From Planctomycetota bacterium (GTDB lineage Bacteria > Planctomycetota > SZUA-567 > H5-PLA8): DNA of 37,794 nt. A program made the position numbers and the translations under genes. Each line of letters starts with the position of its first letter. Position 1 is the first letter of the stretch. Shown here piece by piece: positions 27,268 through 35,267 of this stretch. The DNA lies in the NCBI GenBank assembly GCA_045863855.1, contig BTVV01000055.1:1-37794 (forward strand), read 5' to 3'. Below the pieces are notes generated by a model. It ran no database searches and was not told where the DNA came from. It worked only from the letters and a program-made list of their open reading frames with translations.

Positions 27268-28014
27268 TCAGGTGCGCTTCACGGCTTCCTTGCGCAGGTG
27301 GCGATGTACGTCGTCCTGCGGCTCGTAACCGAGGACCTCGCGGGCGGTGCGCAGGCTGAGGTAAGGCCGGTAGGTGGTCGAAGTCCCGAAGACGACGGCC
27401 CAGGGCACGCCGGGGGTCTCGACGGCGCGCGAGAACAACTGCACGGCGTCGCGGGGGCTGATCCAGTTGTAGGCGCCTTCCCCGGTGAGGTTAAAGCCGT
27501 GCGCGGGCGCTTCGCAGCATCCGCCCAGGCGCACGCAGATCACTTCCAGGCCGCGGTGGTCGTGGTAATAGCGCCCCAGCACTTCGCCGAAATGCTTCGT
27601 CGCGCCGTATAGCGTGTAGGGCCGCGGCGGATCGTCGACTTCGACGGTTCCGGGTTCGAGCCACGGCTTGCCCATCACCGTCTGTACGCTGCTGGCGTAA
27701 ACGACGCGGCGCACGCCGGCCTCGGCGGCGGCCAGAAACGCGTGATTGCAGCCGACGATATTGGGCGCGACCAGTTCTTCGGGAAGCTTCGCGAAGGGGT
27801 CGGGGTTGGCGGCCAGGTGCACCAGCACGTCGATGCCTTGCAACGCTTTGCGCAGCGCGTCCAGATCGGAGAGATCGCCCTGAATCGAATCGGCCACGCC
27901 CGACACGGGCGCGCGATCGAAGGCGCGAAGCGCGAAGCGCTTTTCGAATTCGGGCGACAGATACCGGCCCACTCGGCCGGCCGCGCCCGTTAGCAGCACT
28001 CGAAGCTTGCTCAT
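27268..28014 (-). CDS. NAD-dependent epimerase/dehydratase (uronate dehydrogenase-like extended SDR)
   Basis: LTGAAGRVG, HLAA, YASS, YGATK, ISPRD. Confidence 0.88.
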   Translation of the reverse strand: MSKLRVLLTGAAGRVGRYLSPEFEKRFALRAFDRAPVSGVADSIQGDLSDLDALRKALQGIDVLVHLAANPDPFAKLPEELVAPNIVGCNHAFLAAAEAGVRRVVYASSVQTVMGKPWLEPGTVEVDDPPRPYTLYGATKHFGEVLGRYYHDHRGLEVICVRLGGCCEAPAHGFNLTGEGAYNWISPRDAVQLFSRAVETPGVPWAVVFGTSTTYRPYLSLRTAREVLGYEPQDDVHRHLRKEAVKRT

Positions 28015-28161
28015 GCACACCTCGGTCGAACGCCTCGCCGCGCGCAGGCGGAAAGGGTGATCTTTACCATCGAATCCGGTCAGGTAAATCGGAATCTTCC
28101 GGCCGGCGCGGCGCGGCCGCTGCATGCTCCGGCGCTCGCGGGAGTTTCCGTTGCTTACGAA

Positions 28162-29223
28162 TTACGGGTTCTTCACGACCTGCGCGCCCTTGCAGGCATC
28201 GCAGCGTTTGGTGGGCGCTTGGCCGCGGCCCATGCAGGAGCGGCAGACTTCGTAGCGGTCGCCGAAATTAAGATACCCGCGCGGCCGGCCGCGGCGGCAG
28301 CCGTCGCAATCCTGCCAGCCTCCGCCGCCGGTGCCTTCGCATGCCGTGCACTCGCGGAAGCCCGGAGGAATCACCGCGCCGCCCGCGGTGCGCGGGCGCT
28401 GCGGATCGACCTTGCCGCTGGCCGCGCAGCGCGCGCACGGCAGCACCGGCATATCGCCTTTGCCCAGGCAGCGCGGACAGGTGGCCCAACGTTCGCCCAG
28501 ATTGATCTGTCCTTTGCGCCCCGAACTGCGGCATTGCTGGCAGTCGAACCAGCGCGCGTAGCCGGTCGCGTTGCAGGCTCCGCACGGCTGCAACTGCGCG
28601 GAGGCCGAAGCTACCGCGCCGGCGGGCTCCAGCGGATTCGGTGGCGAGATCAGATCCATTTCCGGCTTGGCCACCGCTTCCGCGTCGGCCGGAGCCACCC
28701 AGCGTTCGCCAACTTTGACGAGCCCTTCGGCTTTCATCTTCACTTCGAGCGGCACCCACGCGCCAAGGTAGCGCACATGGCCCAAGGCTTCGTGTGCGGC
28801 GCGCAGGTCCGGATCGAGCGCCACCGCACGTTCGTACGCTTGCTGGGCCTGCTTCTCGAGCTTCTGTTCGGTGGCGTACGCGCCCAACTCGTGCCAGGCC
28901 TCGGCTTTCGCCTTGGGGTCGGCGGCTTCGAGCGCCGCCCAGCGTTCGTCGAAGATCGTGCGAGCGGATTTGGTCTTGCGGATCTCCTGCACTTCACGCT
29001 TGGGCACGCGCGTCTGCCCGAACCGGCCTTTCACGACGTAAGAATCGGCGTCTTCGCTGACGACTTCGCCTTCCAGTTCGCGCCCGTCGTGGAAGACGAT
29101 CAGATCCGCGCGCACCGAGCCTGCGCAGAGGCCGGCCACCAGCAGGAGGATCCAGACCCATCGCTTGGCCGAACGTCCCAACCGTGCACCGCCTCTCGAA
29201 GCCGATACCTCAGTGTAACGCAT
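28162..29223 (-). CDS. Exported protein with a TPR-like region and two tandem DnaJ-type zinc-finger domains (start uncertain)
   Basis: Hydrophobic signal; DLIVFHDGRELEG domain; eight CxxCxxxG-like motifs. Confidence 0.8.
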   Translation of the reverse strand: MRYTEVSASRGGARLGRSAKRWVWILLLVAGLCAGSVRADLIVFHDGRELEGEVVSEDADSYVVKGRFGQTRVPKREVQEIRKTKSARTIFDERWAALEAADPKAKAEAWHELGAYATEQKLEKQAQQAYERAVALDPDLRAAHEALGHVRYLGAWVPLEVKMKAEGLVKVGERWVAPADAEAVAKPEMDLISPPNPLEPAGAVASASAQLQPCGACNATGYARWFDCQQCRSSGRKGQINLGERWATCPRCLGKGDMPVLPCARCAASGKVDPQRPRTAGGAVIPPGFRECTACEGTGGGGWQDCDGCRRGRPRGYLNFGDRYEVCRSCMGRGQAPTKRCDACKGAQVVKNP

Positions 29224-29357
29224 CGCCTGCATTCGACTTGCAAGACGCCGCGCTTTACCCAAGGTGCGCGCGTATTAGCCTATAGACTCCTGCAGGAGAC
29301 GCGGCTGCTGCATAGAAAATCGGAGTTAATTCGGCTCGCGCGGCTACGTGCAACAAC

Positions 29358-29385
29358 CTATAACATAAGGGTTATTATCGGACGT
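29358..29385 (-). other. dif-like XerC/XerD recombination site
   Basis: Minus strand ACGTCCGATAA-TAACCC-TTATGTTATAG: 11-6-11 layout, XerD arm 9/11 to E. coli TTATGTTAAAT, intergenic. Confidence 0.8.
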
Positions 29386-29430
29386 TCGGCGAGAGGCGAC
29401 TTTTCACGCACGCCCGTCCTTTAGTGCCGC

Positions 29431-30573
29431 TTAGGCGCTCGGCGCGGGCCAGTCGGGAAAGACAAACCGCCCGTCTTGGCTGATGACCTGGCCGTCCACT
29501 TCGATCGTCCCGCCTTTGCGCAGATCGCAGACCATGTCCCAGTGCAGGCCGGATTCGTTGCTGTTGCCCGTTTCGGGATAACCGGCGCCGACGGCGGCGT
29601 GAAAGGTGCCGCCGATCTTTTCGTCGAAGAGCGTGTTTTTGCTGAAACGCTGGATCTGATAATTCGTGCCGATGGCGATCTCGCCGAGGTTGCGCGCGCC
29701 TTCGTCTTGGTCCAGCATCTCCAGCAGGAAGCGCTCGTTCTTCTCGGCCTTCGCCTGCACCACGCGGCCGCGTTCGAAGACCAGTTCGACGCCTTCGACC
29801 TCGCGCCCGTGATGCACCGCGGGGAAGCTGAAGCGCACGCGCCCGTTGACGCCGCCGTGCGGCGCCTTCAGGTTCGGCCCGGTGAAGACTTCGCCGTCCG
29901 GAAAGTTCTCGTGCCCCGAACAGTTGATCCAGCGCATCCCGTCGACCTCGACGGTCAGGTCGGTCCCGTTCGCCGCGCGGAAACGCACGACTTTCTTCCC
30001 GTTCAGGAAATCGGCGACGCGCTGCTGCCGGACGTGAATCTCTTTCCAGGCCGCGACCGGATCGGGCAGGTGCAGCAAGCCCGCCTTGAAGACAAAGTCT
30101 TCGTATTCGCGCAGGCTCATTTCGGCGTCCTGCGCGCTGGCTTGCGTCGGAAAGAGCGTGCCGCACCACTTCAGTTCGCCGCGCGCCGCGCGTTCCATGA
30201 AGATCTTGAAGACCGGCTTGCGCGCGGAACTGGCCTGGCCCTGGCGTTTGGGGTCGATGTTGCTGAGCGCCTTGGTGTTCGCGTCGGCCCACAGCCCGAT
30301 GGATACGTCGATGGTCTTCACTTCTTCCACGTCGAGGGGCGAGACGAAGGCCAGTTGTTCGGCGCTGGCGTTCTTGAGGAAGATCTCTTCGCAGTCCTCG
30401 GGCGTGCAGCGGACGCGAACATGCGCGCCGGCTTGCACGAGCTTCTCGTAGAGGGCCACCAGGAGCGGTTCGGCCACCGTCGGCCCGCTGAGGCGGACGA
30501 CCTGGCCGGGCTTTACCGCGGTGCTGTATTCGACGAGCACCGCCGCGAGTTTTTCCAAGCGTGGGTCTTGCAT
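29431..30573 (-). CDS. M29 family aminopeptidase (AmpS/AmpT-like)
   Basis: NFPDGEVFT, LGEIAIG, NTLFDEKIGGTFHAAVG, SGLHWDMV. Confidence 0.93.
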   Translation of the reverse strand: MQDPRLEKLAAVLVEYSTAVKPGQVVRLSGPTVAEPLLVALYEKLVQAGAHVRVRCTPEDCEEIFLKNASAEQLAFVSPLDVEEVKTIDVSIGLWADANTKALSNIDPKRQGQASSARKPVFKIFMERAARGELKWCGTLFPTQASAQDAEMSLREYEDFVFKAGLLHLPDPVAAWKEIHVRQQRVADFLNGKKVVRFRAANGTDLTVEVDGMRWINCSGHENFPDGEVFTGPNLKAPHGGVNGRVRFSFPAVHHGREVEGVELVFERGRVVQAKAEKNERFLLEMLDQDEGARNLGEIAIGTNYQIQRFSKNTLFDEKIGGTFHAAVGAGYPETGNSNESGLHWDMVCDLRKGGTIEVDGQVISQDGRFVFPDWPAPSA

Positions 30574-30660
30574 GATGCGTTCCTTGGCTTCGTTCGCCGC
30601 TTCGTGGTCTGGCTTGAATTTCCCGCGTCAGGGTTCGCGCTTCGCGCGGATTCTTCTGTC

Positions 30661-30693
30661 CACCTCCCCTACCCCTCCTTGGCAAAGAGGGAA
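30661..30693. repeat. REP-like element (family A, second copy)
   Basis: cacctcccctacccctccttggcaaagagggaa; similar to 284-318. Confidence 0.55.
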
Positions 30694-30730
30694 GACGCAA
30701 CGTCGCAAGCAAAATCCCAGGTAAGGCCGG

Positions 30731-31777
30731 TTAGTACTTCACACCCAGCTTGATGCTGTTCTGCGGCTCGGTGTCGATCTTGGGGTACTCGGTCAGCAAG
30801 CTGTCGAAGGGCACCACCGGCTGGACGATGGACCGGCCGTCGATCTGGCCTTCGCAGATCAGCCGCCAGCAGGTTTCATACACGCGGGTATTGTCCCAGC
30901 GCGGGTAATCGCGGTCGGGCTGGCTGCACGCGCGGGTGAAGACGATGGTCGGAAGATTGTGGTGCGCTTCGGCGCCCAGGTCGAGCCCCGCGCCGTACGG
31001 CGAAGGCGCGGCGCCGGCGACGACGATGCCGCCCCAGGCCACCGACCGGATGGCCGACTGCAGCGCCTGCCAGCTTCCGCTGTACTCGACGGCCACATCG
31101 ACGCCCTTCCCTTTCGTCTGCTCCTTAATGTAGCGCGCGGCATCCACATCCTTCGCGTTGACGACATAATCGGCTCCGCACAACTTCGCGGCTTCGAGCC
31201 GGCGCGGAATCATATCCACCGCGAAGACCGGATACGCTCCGGCGCGCTTGGCCAGTTGCACGACGATCAGCCCGATGGCGCCCATGCCGAAGACGGCCAC
31301 CGCGTCGCCGATGCGCACATGCCCGTCGCGCAGCGCGTTCAGCGCGAAGTCGGCGGGGTCCATGCAGACGGCCGATTGCCACGGCACGCCGGCGGGGAGC
31401 TTCCAGGCGGTCTCGAATTCGTTGCCCGTGTTCTTCTTCACCACCGTCTGCCGGAAGCTGCTATAGCAGAGCACGCGGTCGCCGGTCTTGAAGCGGTCGA
31501 CCGCCTTCCCCGTTTCGACCACCTGCCCGACGGTCATGTTGCCGACGCTGGCCTTGCCGAACGGCGCGCCGGTGTCTTTGGGGCTTTCGAAAAGCTGCAG
31601 CTCTTTGTTGTATTGCCCGCGCTCGTGAAAGCGCCCTTTGTAGACGTTCAATTCGGTGCCGTGCTTCGCCGCGCCAAATTCCGCGCGCACGCGAAACTCG
31701 TCGGCTTGCAGCGCGGGCTCCTCGTATTCCTCCCAGGCCAGTTCCTTGGGCGCGGGAACGATCACTCGCTTGGGCAT
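30731..31777 (-). CDS. MDR-family sugar/alcohol dehydrogenase (YcjQ-like)
   Basis: AKHGTE, VGNMTVGQVVETG, VFGMGAIG Rossmann motif. Confidence 0.85.
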   Translation of the reverse strand: MPKRVIVPAPKELAWEEYEEPALQADEFRVRAEFGAAKHGTELNVYKGRFHERGQYNKELQLFESPKDTGAPFGKASVGNMTVGQVVETGKAVDRFKTGDRVLCYSSFRQTVVKKNTGNEFETAWKLPAGVPWQSAVCMDPADFALNALRDGHVRIGDAVAVFGMGAIGLIVVQLAKRAGAYPVFAVDMIPRRLEAAKLCGADYVVNAKDVDAARYIKEQTKGKGVDVAVEYSGSWQALQSAIRSVAWGGIVVAGAAPSPYGAGLDLGAEAHHNLPTIVFTRACSQPDRDYPRWDNTRVYETCWRLICEGQIDGRSIVQPVVPFDSLLTEYPKIDTEPQNSIKLGVKY

Positions 31778-31802
31778 GTGCGTCTTCTCCGGTTCAGGCC
31801 GC

Positions 31803-32624
31803 TTACGGTTGTTCGAGATGCTGCGGGAACAGGTACACGGGCCGGTGCCCGACGCGGACGGCGCGGCGCGCGGTCAGGGGCTTGTGCAGTTCCGGGAATT
31901 TGTCCAGGCAAAACGAATCGAGGAACAGAGCGCCGCCGGGCGCGACGCGCGACGCCAGGCGTTCGACAAGGCGCTGCGCCTTTTCAGGCGTGAAGTAACC
32001 GATGAAATTCCGGCACAGCACCACGTCGAAAGGTTTGACGCCTTCCTGCAGCGGAAGCGCGAACGCGTTGCCGACTTCGAAGCGGATTTTCTGGAGCAAC
32101 GCGGGCGCCACCTTGCCCGGCGGGTCGAGGTATTCGAGCGGAAAGCCGAAGCTGAGCCGCCCCGAACGCGCCGATTCGATCAGCGCGGGCTGGATGTCGA
32201 ACGCGAAGATTTCGAAATCGATGCCGCGCTTGAGCAGGAAGGCGGCGGCGGTGAAGGCTTCGTCGCCCAGGCTGCACGGGACAACCAGGAGACGCGCCTT
32301 GCGCCCTTGCAGACGCGGGACGATTTCGCGGTCCAGCGCTTCCAGTTCGCCTTCGGTGAATCGAAAGAGCGTCGTTTCGGGCGTGATCAGGTTGGCCAAT
32401 ACTTTTTCGCGCAGCGACATTTTTGCGAAGACGTCGGCGCCCGCGTGGCGCTGCCCGCGGCAACCCTCGTTCATCAGGCGTTCGAAATCGGGGATATCCT
32501 GCGCGGCATCGACCACGCGCAGCAATTCGGGCACGTACCGCGACTGGCGGTCCAGTTCGGCGGCGGCATGTTCGATGTACTTGCGCACATCCAGGAGCGA
32601 TTTGAAGACCACGGCGTCGGGCAT
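31803..32624 (-). CDS. CheR-like SAM-dependent methyltransferase (orphan)
   Basis: ETTLFR, PCSLGDEAFT, AFDI, FDVVLCRNFIGYF, PGGALFL. Confidence 0.82.
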   Translation of the reverse strand: MPDAVVFKSLLDVRKYIEHAAAELDRQSRYVPELLRVVDAAQDIPDFERLMNEGCRGQRHAGADVFAKMSLREKVLANLITPETTLFRFTEGELEALDREIVPRLQGRKARLLVVPCSLGDEAFTAAAFLLKRGIDFEIFAFDIQPALIESARSGRLSFGFPLEYLDPPGKVAPALLQKIRFEVGNAFALPLQEGVKPFDVVLCRNFIGYFTPEKAQRLVERLASRVAPGGALFLDSFCLDKFPELHKPLTARRAVRVGHRPVYLFPQHLEQP

Positions 32625-32684
32625 CGGTACAGTCTGCCAAGCTCTCGCGGCGGAACAAGATCAGTAATGGAAACCGCGCCGCGG

Positions 32685-34025
32685 TTACGAACCGCGGGCG
32701 GCCTGGCGCCCCACGCCCCAGTATTGGAAGCCCAGTTCCGCCATGTCGGCGGGATCGTACAGGTTGCGCCCGTCGAAGAGCGCGGGCGTTTTGAGCCGCG
32801 CTTTCACGCGTTCCCAGTCCGGCGCGCGGAATTCGTTCCACTCGGTGACGAGCAGCAGCGCCGCGGCGCCGTCGAGCGCATCGTACATGTCCTTCGCGAA
32901 GTAGACGGAAGCGCCGAGCCGGGCCTTCACGTTGGGCATCGCTTCCGGATCGAAGGCGCGCACCTTGACGCCCGCGGCGAGCAGCTTCTCGATCACCGCC
33001 AGCGCCGGCGCTTCGCGGATATCGTCGGTGCGAGGCTTGAAGGCCAAGCCCCACAGCGCGACGGTCTGGCCCTTGGGATCGGCGCCCAGATGGCGGAGCA
33101 CCTTCGGGACCAGGATCGTCTTCTGCGTGTCGTTCACCGCTTCGGCGGCTTCGACGATGGACGCTTGCAAGCCCAGCCCCCGCGCCGTCGCGACCAGCGC
33201 GCGGGTGTCTTTGGGAAAGCACGAACCGCCGTAGCCCAAGCCCGGAAAAAGGAACGCCTTCCCGATGCGCGCGTCGGCGGTGATGCCGCGGCGGACGAGT
33301 TCCACATCGGCGCCGGTGGCTTCGCACAAGCGCGCGACTTCGTTCATGAAGCTGATCTTCGTCGCCAGGAAGCAGTTGGCCGCGTACTTGGTCAGTTCGG
33401 CGCTGGCCGGATCCATGCGCAGGATCGGCGCGCCCGAGCGGCAGAACGGTTCGTGGAGCGACTCCAGCGCCTTGTACGCGGCATCGTCGTCGGTCCCGAT
33501 GACCACGCGGTCGGGCTTCTGGAAGTCCTCCACCGCCGCGCCTTCCTTAAGGAATTCGGGGTTGCTGGCCACCGCGAACGGTTGCGCGTAGGTTTCCGCC
33601 GCGGCCGCGCGCACCTTTAGGTGCGTGCCCACCGGCACGGTGCTCTTGCAGACGAACAGCGGCGGCTTGGCCTTGCCCGCGGCATCCTGGGCCGAGAGTT
33701 CGCGCCCCAATTGGCGCACCGCGGCGAGGACGTATTTCACGTCGGCCGAACCGTCTTCGGCGGGCGGCGTAGGCAGGCAAAGGAAGAAGATCCGCGCGTG
33801 CTGCACGGCTTCGGGATAGGACGCGGTGAACCGCAGCCGCCCTTCGCGCGTGTTGCGCGCGAAGAGATCCGACAGCCCGGGCTCGTAAATCGTGAGTTCG
33901 CCCTTGCGCAGCCGTTCGACTTTAGCCGCGTCGATGTCCAGGCAGACGACCTCATGCCCGGACTCGGCGAAACAGGTGCCCGCCACCAGTCCGACGTAAC
34001 CGGTGCCGACGATGGTCAAACGCAT
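32685..34025 (-). CDS. ugd: UDP-glucose 6-dehydrogenase
   Basis: GTGYVGL, KSTVPVGT, SNPEFLKEG, GYGGSCFPKD, GLAFKPRTDDIRE. Confidence 0.95.
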   Translation of the reverse strand: MRLTIVGTGYVGLVAGTCFAESGHEVVCLDIDAAKVERLRKGELTIYEPGLSDLFARNTREGRLRFTASYPEAVQHARIFFLCLPTPPAEDGSADVKYVLAAVRQLGRELSAQDAAGKAKPPLFVCKSTVPVGTHLKVRAAAAETYAQPFAVASNPEFLKEGAAVEDFQKPDRVVIGTDDDAAYKALESLHEPFCRSGAPILRMDPASAELTKYAANCFLATKISFMNEVARLCEATGADVELVRRGITADARIGKAFLFPGLGYGGSCFPKDTRALVATARGLGLQASIVEAAEAVNDTQKTILVPKVLRHLGADPKGQTVALWGLAFKPRTDDIREAPALAVIEKLLAAGVKVRAFDPEAMPNVKARLGASVYFAKDMYDALDGAAALLLVTEWNEFRAPDWERVKARLKTPALFDGRNLYDPADMAELGFQYWGVGRQAARGS

Positions 34026-34294
34026 GCGCGAAACGCTCCCGTTCGGATTGAAACGCAAGTTTTACACACTAATCCGTGAACGACCTCGTGCAATCGGCTT
34101 CGCTCGCCGGGAACCCGAGCCGCTTCCGTATCTTCCGTTAACCGCGTGCGTCGGTTCGAAGTCTTCGCGCACCTTGCGCGAAACGTGTACGAAAGCGAAG
34201 TTCGCGGAATACCGGTAGCTCTTCGAAAAAGCCGTGCGTCTCAAGCCGTATGAACGCGCCAGCCGCTTAAGCTGGACGATCAGGAGAGACGCCG

Positions 34295-35209
34295 ATGCCT
34301 ACGACCGAATCTTCCCGCATGTTCCGCGCCGCCGAAGGGCGCCGTGTCGAGCCCGTACGCCGCTTGCGCAGCCGTGCGCGCGAGCCGCGAGCGCGCGACG
34401 ACTACCGCGGACGATACGCGCCGGCGCCCGCCGCCAGCCCCTGGCCGCTGGTGCTGGCCGGCGGAGCGTTTTTAGTCGCGCTGGCGGCCGCGGCGTTCAT
34501 CGTGCTGAAATCGACGAACGCGCCCGCCGCTCCGCAGCAGCCGATGGCGCCTGCGGCGCCCGTGGCCGCCGCCCCCGCGCCGCAGGCCGCTCCGGCAGTC
34601 CCCGCCGTAACGCCGGCGGCGCCCGCGCCTCTCGCCACGCCCGCGCCGCAACCGGCCCCGGCTGTGGTTCAACCTGCGCCGGCCGTCACGCGCCGCGAAC
34701 CCTCGCTGCACGCGCGGCTCTTCCCCAGCTTCGGGCTCTCGCACGTCAGCCAGTTCGAGACCGGCGCGCAAGGCCATCTGCTTCAAGCGCAGGACGTATG
34801 GCGCATGCGCGTCCAGGCGCTCGACCAGGGCCCCAAGCAGTACACGCTTACCTTGGCCGTCGATGAAGTGCTCAAAGGCGAAGCGCAGCCCAAGGACCGC
34901 ACGCTGATCCTCGGCTGCGCCGATCCCAAGCGCGAATTCGGGCTCACGCTGGGCCGCACCGAAGGCGACCGCTTCGTGGTCTTCCTCACCGCCGATAACC
35001 GCTTCTTCATGCTCACGGCCGACGATTACGCCAAGGTTTCGGGAAGCGCCGCGCCGGCCGAGGTGGAACCGTCCGCCGAAGCGCCGCCCGCGCCCGTCGC
35101 CGATCCCATCGACGGACCGGCCGCCGAGACGGCCGCACCGGCCGTGCCGGAAGCCGCCGCTGCGCCGGAGGTCAACGAGCCGGCCGCGGCAGGCAACCAG
35201 CAGCGGTGA
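34295..35209 (+). CDS. Hypothetical single-TM protein with Pro/Ala-rich linkers
   Basis: RBS aggag; TM PWPLVLAGGAFLVALAAAAFIVL; small beta domain between low-complexity tracts. Confidence 0.7.
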   Translation: MPTTESSRMFRAAEGRRVEPVRRLRSRAREPRARDDYRGRYAPAPAASPWPLVLAGGAFLVALAAAAFIVLKSTNAPAAPQQPMAPAAPVAAAPAPQAAPAVPAVTPAAPAPLATPAPQPAPAVVQPAPAVTRREPSLHARLFPSFGLSHVSQFETGAQGHLLQAQDVWRMRVQALDQGPKQYTLTLAVDEVLKGEAQPKDRTLILGCADPKREFGLTLGRTEGDRFVVFLTADNRFFMLTADDYAKVSGSAAPAEVEPSAEAPPAPVADPIDGPAAETAAPAVPEAAAAPEVNEPAAAGNQQR

Positions 35210-35267
35210 ACGGACAACGACCCTTCCCTCTTCGTAAGCGCTAAAGGCTTATTAAAATCTCTCCTGC

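Noticed and set aside
28162..28600. Multiheme cytochrome c
   Set aside because: The motifs are CxxC followed by non-His residues (DnaJ-type), not CxxCH
26235..34025. Polysaccharide biosynthesis cluster (rfbB, ugd)
   Set aside because: The genes are on opposite strands 5 kb apart, with no glycosyltransferases, rfbACD, wzx or wzy
19080..34068. oriC from DnaA-box-like 9-mers (19080, 34060)
   Set aside because: Isolated single boxes, no dnaA/dnaN, and the skew direction indicates a terminus rather than an origin
34140..34185. tRNA-like GGTTCGAA T-loop
   Set aside because: No T-stem, cloverleaf or acceptor stem; only an unrelated hairpin ttcgcgca-cct-tgcgcgaa
289..35228. Polarised KOPS (GGGNAGGG) pointing to dif
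   Set aside because: Correctly oriented copies exist (5815, 7663, 11141; reverse at ~30667, ~31104, 35221), but wrongly oriented ones also occur left of dif (~289, ~3476, ~20570); inconclusive
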